Assembly: GCF_006345805.1 (NCBI RefSeq)
Contig: NC_043004.1
Coordinates: 18,972,001-19,036,000 of the forward strand
Source of the DNA: Octopus sinensis
Taxonomy: Eukaryota
Direction: 5' to 3'
Length of the DNA: 64,000 nt
Part shown: positions 52,337-64,000 of the stretch, piece by piece
Layout of the letters: each line of letters starts with the position of its first letter
Numbering within the stretch: the first letter of the stretch is position 1
Notes under the pieces: model-generated
Database searches by the model: none
What the model saw: the letters and a program-made list of their open reading frames with translations, nothing else
Told to the model about the DNA's origin: nothing
Translations under genes and position numbers: made by a program

Positions 52337-53922
52337 GAAGTAGCCAGCTGGCAGTATCGTTAGTGTGCTGGAAATGCGTAGCGGCATTCCGTCCGTATTT
52401 TCATTCTAAGTTCAAATTCGTGATTTAAAAGTTTCACTTGCTATCGTCGTGTGTTTGCCATGCTTGTCGGCTGATAGCGTTAGTACTGACTGAATAGATG
52501 TTTTTTCTCTGTGTTTCGATGGAAGGGAGATTTAACTAGCATGCGGTTAGTAGATGTCTACTGCTGAGAAGGCGCAAAACACGCTGAAAGTACCTGATAT
52601 AGTAGTTTCTTATAACGCTGCTGGACATTTCCTGTCTTCTGCCCACATCTTTGTGCTTCTGTGCACTAAATGTCTATACGAGGGAGTTCCTCAGCACGCA
52701 TTCTGCAGTACAACGGCACTCTTATAAAACATCCATATTAAGTAGGATACAGAAACTGCTATTAATTATAAAAACATTTCTTATAATCATGCACCAACAT
52801 TTTCGATATTAACCATCATTACTATGCTTAATTAACGAATATGTGTGTGTGTGTGTGTGTGCATGTGCGCGCGCGTGCATGAAAGGGATTTTGTTTATTA
52901 TATGCATGTGTTAGTGTAAGTCCTTTTAAACCGAGGTAAAGGATGTTTTGCCATGAAAAACGTAAATGCTTTTCTGTATTCATAATTCTAGAATACATTA
53001 TGTCCCGTACACAAAATTCAATATTCTTTTATTATCCATTTTCCAAAACATTTCTTAACTGAAATAAAAATGTTACTGAAATTTCACAGTATGTTAATGT
53101 TGTTTTATTATTTTACTTCTCAAAATTAGATAAAATTCAAGTTTGTAAAAAAAAAATCGACGGTAATAAAATTCAATACCAAATAAATTGCAGCATACAT
53201 TGTGGTTATAACACATAACATATTCGAGTTACGTCCGAAACGTTCTTATCTAGTGCAAATAACATTTAAAAGTGATGACTTAATCATTGTCTAGACACGA
53301 AAAAACTCTTTACAGCTATTTATATACAATTGATTGTCAGAGTACTTGGTATTTCGTTTTCTAATTATATCTCTGTTGTGTTAGCAATTTTTCTGCAACA
53401 AAAGTGTACGATTAGTTTTGTCGAGGACTAATAAAATTTTAATAATTGTTTCTTCAAACAATTCTTAACTTTTGACTTATCTTTCTCGACAGCTTCGGTT
53501 TTTGTTTATTTAGACATATGCAAAACAAGCCAGTACCGTACCATTAAGCAAACGGGCGCGGCCATAACTGTTTTGTTAAGAAATTCGTCCCTCAGCCACC
53601 TAGTTTCCGCCTCAATCAACCGTATAGTACATCTGGAAAACATCTTTTACCACACTCCGGAGACTAGATGGAAACTGTACGGAGGATCTCGTCATAAATG
53701 AATATATGCATGCGTACATATATTATGTAAGTATGTATGTGTGTATGTATATATGTATGTGTGTGTTTGTGGGTGTGTGCTGAGGTGATTACAGTGAATT
53801 GAAAAAGAAAACTGCGCAAGCGTGGGTACGGGAAAAAGTTAGCTTCCAGTCACACGGTTCCAGATTCACTCTGCCTTTACATAACACCTTGTGAAAGCGT
53901 CTGCCTTCTACTATATATATAT

Positions 53923-54100
53923 AAGCGCAGAATTGGCTTTGTGGTAAGTAGCTTCCTTACCATCTACATGGTTCCGGGTTCAGTCCCATTGCGTGGGATC
54001 TTGCGGAAGTGTCTTCTAATATAGTCTTCGACTGGTCACGTCTACTGACAAAGCCTTGTGGATAGATTAGGTAGACGGAACCTGAAAAATGCCCGTCGTA
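53923..54100 (+). mobile_element. SINE family B 5' half, preceded by a more decayed head at ~53810-53905
   Basis: gcgcagaattggctttgtggtaagtagc...ggttccgggttcagtccc...gtagacggaacctgaaaaatgcccgtcg. Confidence 0.85.
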
Positions 54101-54114
54101 CATATATATATATT

Positions 54115-54282
<168 letters not shown>

Positions 54283-54619
54283 ATATTAAGCTAATCAGAA
54301 TGTTGGATGATTATATATATGTATATATATATATATATATATATACACATCTGTTTTATTTAATTACATCTTGTTTACATTTAATTCCAACTTGGAACAT
54401 TCTGTAGGAGAAAGAGGGCCAAGTAATTCTTACAGAATTTCGGAATCTGGAGTAAGGTCCAACAACAATGTGGTAAAAAGGTTTTAATAATAGTTTGAAG
54501 TCATCTTTAACTTATATACAATCAAATTCATATAGAATCCTCATAGGTGGAATATCAAAAATATATATAAAGCCAAGTTATTTTTTGCTGTGAACTTTTT
54601 TGTGAAGTATAGTTCCGTT

Positions 54620-54905
54620 ATCTTTCGGAACTTTGAATTTTCCTTCACATATTTCTAAATGTTTCCTTTTTTCAAGCGTTTAATTTTGGTATGAATTTCT
54701 TTATGAATTATAGCTCCATTGTTTTTCGGAAGTTTGGGTCATTCCTTCGGCATTTGTAAAAGGGGGATATTTTGAAATTTCCTTCTCCACATATTTCCAA
54801 ATGTTTGCTTAAGTCGAATTTTCCGTAGCTGCTGTTGTCGGATGCGTAGTCTGTGGATTCTTGCGCGTTGGCCAAAAGAAATTATTGGTTTCGCCAAAAT
54901 AATAT
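54620..54905 (-). mobile_element. Penelope-like element GIY-YIG endonuclease C-terminal remnant with a partial repeat
   Basis: Minus strand YFGET (YIG motif); [14 protein letters not shown]; [33 protein letters not shown]; then a repeated KHLEICEGKFKV. Confidence 0.75.
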
Positions 54906-54969
54906 GTGTGCGTATATGCATGTGTGTGTATGTATGTGTATATTATATGTATGTGTGTATGTATGTGTG

Positions 54970-55027
<58 letters not shown>

Positions 55028-55100
55028 CACACATACATATATATACATACATATATAAATATACATATATATACATATACGTATACATACACACGCACAC

Positions 55101-55162
<62 letters not shown>

Positions 55163-55862
55163 TATAATTTCTATGTAGGCGTATAGTGAACTCAAAAATC
55201 ACCCTTTGGAAAACATCTATTAGTTCAATCAGAAAAGTTAAAAACATCCATACTACCATTCTTTAATGAACACAAACATCAAGTCTTCGAAGTACAACTA
55301 TAATTTTTACTGAAGAATGTAAAAAACTACATTTAGTTTTACAATTAAAACCTTGACCAATTCAAATGCAAAAATTCTTTTTCCTTTCTCTTCTCTTTTC
55401 TGCCTCACCTTAAAAGTCCATTAATTACTAAACGAACAGGTCTGACCATACAAAAGCTACGCCTAATTACCTCTCCTTCCTTCTCAGCTTTTTTATCTTT
55501 CTCCATTGCTTGGCAAGTCCCAGAAAATTCTTTATAAAAAGGCTATGAAATTTAAATTCGAACCATTTTTTGATAAATTCGATAACGGAAGAAAGCGTAA
55601 AAATGTGTATAAAATGTAAATAAACAAAACTATATATATACTCATCCAATTTATATATATACTCATCCAATATTCAGGCTACCTTATTATTCTAACTATA
55701 CAATATCTGTGCATCACGTCAAAAACTCTCTCTCTTTATATATAAATATATATATGTCTATGTATGTATGTATGTATGTATGTATGTATGCATGTATGTA
55801 TGTATGTATGTGTGTATGTATGTATGCATGTATGTGTGTGTGTCAGTGTATGTATGTATGTA

Positions 55863-55915
<53 letters not shown>

Positions 55916-58823
55916 TATATGCAATATGTCCGTATAAATGTATATAATACTATACTTGTGTATATACACGAATAAACATTGAAACATACTTAAAATTGTT
56001 GTGCATAAATACACATCAACGGTGTAAGAATTGTGTTGATATTACACTTATACACAGTCTCTACTCGTTTGATGAGGAGGAATTTAAATTGTCGAATAAA
56101 TAAATGTTCATCGTTGAGAACAACAGAAACTCCACCTCTACTATATGTTGTGTATGTGTGCGCGTGTGTGTGCATGTGTGTGTGTGTGTGTGTGTGTTGT
56201 GTGTGTGTGTGAATGCGCGTATACCATTGCAAAATGTTAATATCGGCGACTAAACCCAAAATAATATCAGTACATTGATTTAGAATTTAAACTCCCTCTG
56301 TAGCACTTGTTTCCCTGAGCTGAACAAACCGAATTCAGTGAACCAGCGACTTGTTCGTTGCCGATATGTAACTGAGAACGTTTATGTTTCACAAATGGGA
56401 TTTAATATAAGAATAGAATAAAACCACGCTCACGACGCGATTTTAAAATCTATTATTTTTAGTTATTCTCTTAAGATATGAATGACACAAATTTGAACAT
56501 GCCATAAATAACTACAAATACGTTGCACAGTGTTCTAAAGTTGTATTACAATATAATAACATTATATAAGTTGTTTGAACTTCAAATAATAACTTGATTT
56601 GCATTTCTAGCACTATATAGCATATAACATTTGAAATATTTAATTTATATTTAATTCTTACTCAAAAGGCAAGCAGATTATATTTAAACTGGAGAAATCT
56701 TTGAAAGAATTTGTCCTCTCTCAAGGGCATTATCAATATTAGTGCATGCAAAAAGCTTCAAACTGAAATTAAAACTATGTTGAGTTAGGTTTTCTAAAAA
56801 CTTAAAAGAAACGGCTCTTAGCCTTTACAGAAAGTTAAAGTCTACCGATATAATCATAAAGCTGTCTTTTTCACTACAAGCATATTTCTGGAGCTAGAAA
56901 TACTGGCTACAAGAAGCAGAAATGGTGCAATTATAACTTAGCTACGAGTATAGAATATAATTTGTGTTGTAGACTCAATTACTCCATAACGTTTATATAA
57001 TTCATCACAACGTTTAGTCGATATATTTTCTTCAGAGCATGATTACTATTTATTTTACTAATCCGGGAGTAGGAAATTTATAGTCGACATCGGTAGTATT
57101 TGAACTCATCCCTCTGCCTGTCCACGAATTCTTAAACCCAACAATTTGTAAAGAATATAATATTGATCTCTTCTATCGGTGCGAAAACATTGTGGGAAAA
57201 GGATATCGCCAATTGAAGCAACACTGTATAGTTTTTTTAGACCCAGGGGAAATAAAAAGACAAATATACTTAGACAATAATTTAATTTAAAGTGAAGACG
57301 CATGTGATTAAGTCTTACACACTAATGGTTCTTCCACTGGACAACATTCCATTGTTCTTACCATATAAAGCATTTATGGTAACAATAATGGTTTCAGTCG
57401 AAGTAATCGTGGCAATTATCGTGTATAAAAAAAGTATAAAATTCTGAGATCCAGTTAAGTGTTTCTGAAATACCTGCCAACTTGATTAACGACACAACTC
57501 TTGTCTTTCAAGTTAGATGTGCAAATCCTTTTTGCTTCCCATTATTTTTTACTGTGCTATTTCTATCGTGACAAGAGTTAGTAAGATCCACAGACTACTG
57601 TCTAGCGATCAAGGAAATAAAGAGAACGCTACTCTAACCTGAGCCACTAAGACTAAAACATATCTTATGTTATCAACGTCATTGCTAATACAGTTAAACA
57701 CCAATTGTAAATTTTATGGAGTAATCTCTAATAAAGAAAGGGTCCTCACAGCGAGTCAAATAATCATGAACTAAATTATAAATTATAAATATGGGAACTA
57801 CTAAAATTTTTGACATAAAATATTATAAGGATTATAAACATCTATTTAAGACAGTAAAATGATGTTGCTCTCAATATGTGACACAACATGTATAAATGCT
57901 TACATTGGCCGCAAGCGATTTCTTACTTTCAGATTTGTTCCAAACACAGAAAAGTAATTATAAATAGTAAGTGGAGAAGGAAATCAGAATAAGTAATTAA
58001 TAGTAAAATCTGAACCTCATTTAATTGGAAACAAAATTGTAAACGAAAGTCAAAATGAAAATCCTTATAAAGGAAGAATTCAATAATTATTGTTTAATTC
58101 AATTCTATTTTATTATTATTTATATTTTAATATAATTCGCTTAGATATTTTGCTTATGAAAGAAAATTATCTCTGAATAGGGAAAAGCTGAATATGAGTT
58201 TTAAACCTTCCTTAATTTAAATCAATTTATCTCAATAATTTAAGTTTTCATTAACGAAAACCCTGCTTACAGATTATTATTCCTATATCACTTTAGTTAA
58301 TTAATTTTCTCGGGCGAATTAGATTAAATTTAATTGAAGGAAGCCTAGAATTGTATTTGTTTAAATTATTTATATCATTTATACAAAGAATGAGTAAATC
58401 TACCTCGATACATGCATTAAGAATATTGTTAATGGAATATAAAACAGACAAGAAAACATAGAGTGGAAAAATAACTTCGAACACTAGATGTAAAATCCTG
58501 CAAATACAAAGTTAGCCAAACTTATTTTATTGTGACTGGATATGAGCTGCAGAGTAAAATAAACACACACAGTCCAACAGGTTAAAATTTTATATATTTA
58601 TTTCTTTGTTCAGCTGATGATGGTACTGTATTTAAATTGATGTAATGATTTTATTGTGCAATTAATTGGAGTCGCTTGAAACGGTCGTACTGCATCACTA
58701 CTTGCTATCCTGTTGCTTATTTAGATTTTATTCCCCTTCCTTCCAGCTGTGCGGATAATACCAGACTGACTTGGTACTTCAACTTATATACCTAATTCAA
58801 CTGAATCTCAATTATGTTTTATG

Positions 58824-58867
<44 letters not shown>

Positions 58868-58868
<1 letters not shown>

Positions 58869-59010
58869 TTTATTTTAAGCAGCAGAAAATTCAACAAAAT
58901 CTGTTACTCTGAGTTTCTCGTTGCCGTTCATCAGACAGTTTTTGCTAGAATGGAACTTATATATTAATTCAATCTATACTCTTACAAACGCTACGCCTTT
59001 AAAAAGAAAT
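58868..59010 (-). ncRNA. Second copy of the H1 hammerhead-bearing repeat
   Basis: Reverse complement of 12162-12304; ribozyme portion (~58895-58945) identical. Confidence 0.75.
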
Positions 59011-60015
59011 GGACTTGTTTGATTGGCCCTTTAGAAAAAACGGTCAATCTTCGAGCGATAAACAAAAAGGTAAAAAATATATGTATATATATATAAAAAA
59101 ACTTATAAAAATTATAAAAATTATAAAATCCGAGGAAAAAACCGAGGAAAAAACCTATTGCCGTTAATGAAGACAGTACAAATTAATGCATAGAAATTAA
59201 ACCTGTTATAAATACTGCAATACATATTTATATTAAAATCCACATATATATATCAACATACACAAAAGGATGCGCGTAAACGCCATACATACATATACAG
59301 ACGTATGAATATGAATCTAAATTATACACATAAAAGCATGTGTACATATATTCACGCAAACCGTCTCGCACGCAAGCTAAAATTCATCTATGTAGCAATT
59401 CTCATATACTGAGCAAGGAGGGGGAACGAAAGAAAGGGAAAGAGAGAAAAAGGAACGAAAGAGGGGGGGGAAACTTGTAGCGATGTTATTGGCATCTATA
59501 GAGGCCAGTATACATACACAAGTTTGAATTGATACATATACATACCGTCGTGTGTATGCGTGCTTAAGCACAAGCATACTTTCACTTACACATACACAGA
59601 TACGCATGCTTACAAATACATATGCTTTGCTATACACAAACTTATATAAACATTCTAATTTTGACAACATTGCTTTTTTTTAAAAAAAAACATTGCTTTT
59701 AAAAAATGGGTGCATTAATAAAAATATATACGAAAGACATATAAAATAAAATATAACATCCTATTTTGGGTCATTTATAAATAATCAAGGTAATATAAAT
59801 AATCAAGGTAATCCTATGCAATACAATAACATGAAAACAACGTTTGTGGGTTTTTCCTAATATATATGTAGAAACAATAAGACTTTGCTATAGATCCGTC
59901 GTAGCGCTTAAGAGTCAAAATCAAAATCAAAAATCAAAATACAAAATATATACTCTATCCATATGGTATATTTATATTCGACATTTTAAATTTAGCCGCG
60001 TGCCTACATAAGTTC

Positions 60016-60047
<32 letters not shown>

Positions 60048-60279
60048 TATATATGTATGTATGTATATATATGTATGTTTATATATGTATGTATATATAT
60101 TTATTTATATATATAGGTATAATTATATATATATATGTATATATATAAGTATATATGTATATATATATATGCACATATATATGTGTGTGTGTATGTGCGT
60201 GCGTGCTTGTGTGGTGTGTGTGCGTGTGTATGTGTGTGTAATTTTCACTATTTATTTGTCATGTAGTCTTGTATTCAAA

Positions 60280-60387
60280 ATGCCAAAATGTTGTGATCGA
60301 AAGTTATCCTTCTGTGAAAGGGATATAATCCTTTTAGAAATCAATAAGGAGAAAGACGCATATTCTATAATGGGCCGACAGTTATAA
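60280..60387 (+). mobile_element. Tc1/Tc3-like transposase N-terminal HTH remnant
   Basis: MPKCCDRKLSFCERDIILLEINKEKDAYSIMGRQL resembles MxK.RKLS..ER..I..L...S...I.RQL. Confidence 0.4.
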
Positions 60388-60813
60388 TTTCTAATATCAA
60401 TATTCTATAAACTTCAGATATATTTAAATAGTAGTCGTGGTTGTTTAATTTCAGATCATATCTGACCGAGCATTCTATTCGTACCCATCTATGTGCAGAT
60501 AACTCATGGCATCAAAAGAGCAATGTTTCTTTTTCTAGGCGGCAGACTGTACTTTGAAAGAGATCTAGTTAGTATACCTTGCAGGCTGTGAAAGAATATT
60601 GTCCCCCAATCGTTGGTTGCTATAGAAAGAGTGAAATAGTGGAATGGCTTTTTACGTCCCTGAATAGTTTACATATGTTGTAAGAATTATCAAGGAATTT
60701 TTATTAAGCCATTTGCAATATGTTGTTTTAGTATTATTTGTAAGATAGAACTAATCACAATTAACTATGAAAAGTTGGGTTTGAAACAATTCTCAGAACG
60801 TATTTCACAAATA

Positions 60814-60983
60814 CGTGGCCTGGTCAATAAGTATACGGACTGTTGTCATGGTAACGAAGTTGAAGCACGCAGCATAAAGCCGCTCGGTGCAGATTGACTT
60901 TGAACTCTTTTGTGCATGTGCAATAAGGTTTAGCTTTGTAGCTCACTTCCGCTGTTCGCAATATACTTATTGATCAGACCTCA
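60814..60983. mobile_element. 170-bp mariner-derived MITE
   Basis: TA-cgtggcctggtcaataagtatacggact ... atatacttattgatcagacctca-TA; same family as 808 and 25413. Confidence 0.85.
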
Positions 60984-61699
60984 TATTTAACAAATTCATG
61001 TTTCTTCCCATGAAATATTTTTTAAGATCTGTATGAAATTAATAGTTGTACACATCACGTATGGCTATTATAACATCCGCTCTATCAGTTACCAAGCTAT
61101 TCATTTAGATGTAGAAGAAATAGCAACTTGGTTTAAATAGATAGTAGAGTAGGAAATTTAGTGTTTTATACAATATGCTTTTTAAAACATTTACCAGTTT
61201 CAAATCTGAGAAAATTAAACAGGGCAAGTGAAATAATTTTCAACGCTTGACAGTTGAGTTTCTTCCTGCTATGGAATAATAGCTGATCAGTTACCAAACA
61301 AATCAGAAATGTAGTTAACGAGCTTATTTATACATTTATACCGCTGCTGAACATTATTAAAATAGATATGTCTCTAAGTAAATCACTTTTACAGAAAGGA
61401 TCAGAATTCTTTCAATATATTTAAAGCATCAAACCAACTTACGGGTGTTGAAAAAGTTTTACTATATCACGATAGTTTTGAGGTTAATCATAGTGGCTAT
61501 AAATTACTTTATGTAAATAAGAGATAGTACGATGGAACTGTGGTTGTGAATTAACAGAATTGTACTCTAAGACTTATTTCGCTCGAGACTCTACTCTGCA
61601 GGGCTTCTCGTTCGATGTTATGAAGAACTACACGTAATGGAACTAAAAGTAATGTATTTCATCACTTACTCAAAGATATGAATTTCAAAATTGCTGTAG

Positions 61700-61819
61700 A
61701 TACGGATCAAAGCATAATCAAGGCTTCAAAACCACATAGTTCTGGGTTTTATCATAGCCTCGGGTGCTATAAAATTTCGCCAATGGTGACGGTAAATGAA
61801 AAGAAGCCCGTTGTATGTG

Positions 61820-61869
<50 letters not shown>

Positions 61870-62105
61870 TTACATATATATAATTATGTGGTGAAGCAAC
61901 TTGTTGCTAAACCCTTAATTATTGTTATAATTATATATAAAAAATCTTTTTGCATAAGTTTTTACCGAATATAGTTCTTTTCTTTAGCGAAACTACTTGG
62001 TAAATTTATTAATTTATTAGATGAATAATTCTCTACCCTATATCTGTAATGATTATATATATAAGCGATGATGGGGAACGCAGGCGCAAATACACGCACA
62101 TAGGT

Positions 62106-62151
<46 letters not shown>

Positions 62152-62362
62152 GTGAAGCAACTTGTTGCTAAACCCTTAATTATTGTTATAATTATATATA
62201 AAAAATCTTTTTGCATAAGTTTTTACCGAATATAGTTCTTTTCTTTAGCGAAACTACTTGGTAAATTTATTAATTTATTAGATGAATAATTCTCTACCCT
62301 ATATCTGTAATGATTATATATATAAGCGATGATGGGGAACGCAGGCGCAAATACACGCACAT

Positions 62363-62420
<58 letters not shown>

Positions 62421-62590
62421 ATGTGCGTGTATTTGCGCCTGCGTTCCCCATCATCGCTTGACAACCGGTGCTAGTCTATTTGCATCTCCATAACCAAGCG
62501 GTTCGGCGAAATGACCGATGGAATAATTATTCCATCAAGTATTAGTGTCATTCCGTTCGACGAGAACTCTTTAAAGCAGGTAAAATGTCC
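61700..62590 (+). mobile_element. Diverged family-B SINE split by a duplicated, inverted insertion within its internal TA repeat
   Basis: 5' half 61700-61815 (atagcctcggg..aagaagcccgttgta); 3' half 62414-62590 (catcgcttgacaaccggtgct..gcggttcggc). Confidence 0.65.
61886..62459. repeat. Identical 225-bp tandem duplication (period 261) ending in a perfect 136-bp palindrome (62324-62459)
   Basis: Both units read identically; the arm aagcgatgatggggaacgcaggcgcaaatacacgcacatagg is mirrored across (TA)26. Confidence 0.95.
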
Positions 62591-63299
62591 TCTCACTCTT
62601 ATACTTTGCCAACCATCTTGGTATCCAGAGGTCATCTGATTTCCACAACAAGACACATTCTTTCTTTGTGAAACCACACGATAATATCTGACCTACTACG
62701 TTTGTGCTAGGTGGCCGTTTAAATTTTTAAGTTCCACCTATTTTCTTTTGACCTAACTGTCTCAACAAAGCCGACTTCGTCTGGCGGTGTTCTAGATGTA
62801 TGCAAGCAGTGAGACAGCAGAATCGTTGAAGCTTTGAACAATATTTTATGACATTTGATTGGACAGTGTGTGTTCACAGCTCATTGAAACAAACTTTGGC
62901 TTTTGTCATTTCAATATCGATAAATAAGATATCAGCAATGTAAAGGTATCAACTTATTCTCTTTCTCAATTTCTCTGTGGGAAAAAAATTAATTCAGATT
63001 AGATTTGCAGAAATGCACTTCGCCAAGTTTAAAATGCTCACGAAACTCAGTGTGTGAAAGCGGTGCACTTTAACACATTTGACTTCGTAAGACAACACAC
63101 ACACACACACACACGGATACACACACATACACACGCACACACACATGTAGATACGCATGATAGAACAACCTGCACAAATGATTTAATTATAGTGACTGAA
63201 TGTACATGCTGTTGATTAGCTCATTGAAATCGACATTTCCAGAACAGATGTAGGCTAAACCACGCGCCAGATCTTGAAGTGATCGCAGATCATCATTAG

Positions 63300-63408
63300 A
63301 TGAAGTGCTAGCTCAAAAACACAATGCACCGCTTGATCTAGAAATTGAAACCACGACCACGCGATCGTGAGTACAACACCCTAACCAATAGGTCTTGCGT
63401 CCTCGTAT
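63300..63408 (-). mobile_element. Old family-C-like SINE head
   Basis: Minus strand attggttagggtgttgtactcacgatcgcgtggtcgtggtttcaatt. Confidence 0.65.
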
Positions 63409-63913
63409 ATATATGTATGTACAAGTTATAACATCTATGTGTGTATGCGTCTGTTTCATTGTGTATGTAACTTTAAATATATATAAATTCTCATATCTCT
63501 TGTATTTACTCATTAGCCATTTGTCGGTGCCTTGATACTATTGTAATATCTATTCAAGCAATTTTCATTTTTATAAAATATTATGTTCATTTACTCTCTT
63601 TTCACCTGTAACTAATAATTACTCATGCATTTCTACCTGTCAGGTTGTTGTGTTTGATAATCATAGCTTTAAGACAAAATGAAAGCTGTCCGATAAAATT
63701 TACTCTCAAGAAAGATAGCAGCTTGGTTAAATAGAAGTGAAATCTTTATGTTGTATGTATGATATACGTATATCCATACCCCAGCCGTATCCACATCTAT
63801 ATCAGGAGAATTCTAAACTTTACTATGATATTTTTAAAACCACTAGAGCATTTTCTTCCCCTGTATGATCGATCTCTTGATAAGTTTATTCTGTTTAGAT
63901 TTGCAGAAATGGA

Positions 63914-63994
<81 letters not shown>

Positions 63995-64000
63995 ATATAT

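Overview
Repeat-dominated, AT-rich eukaryotic DNA, inferred to be from a coleoid cephalopod (Octopus-like tRNA-derived SINE families and very dense TA/CA/AAT microsatellites). It has one 100-N assembly gap at 18357-18456. No intact host gene, rRNA, true tRNA or CRISPR array can be supported, and most listed ORFs are microsatellite or SINE artefacts. Decayed mobile elements recognised by translation: two tandem Helitron Rep(/Hel) remnants (27.7-35.5 kb), Tc1/mariner elements, a CMC/Chapaev3-like transposase, R4/Dong and L1/Tx1 LINE pieces, a Penelope GIY-YIG remnant, a probable Ty3/gypsy protease fragment, several MITEs and three SINE families. The main discovery is four loci, from three sequence-unrelated families, that fold by hand into minimal type I hammerhead ribozymes (12228-12277 +, 19811-19897 +, 41325-41400 -, ~58895-58945 -). 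All share a palindromic stem III with a single central nucleotide, a GUA cleavage site and a non-canonical 10.1/11.1 junction. Other notable structures: an amplified mariner derivative with two 5' ends, a head-to-head SINE palindrome, a templated insertion, and foldbacks and duplications bounded by microsatellites.
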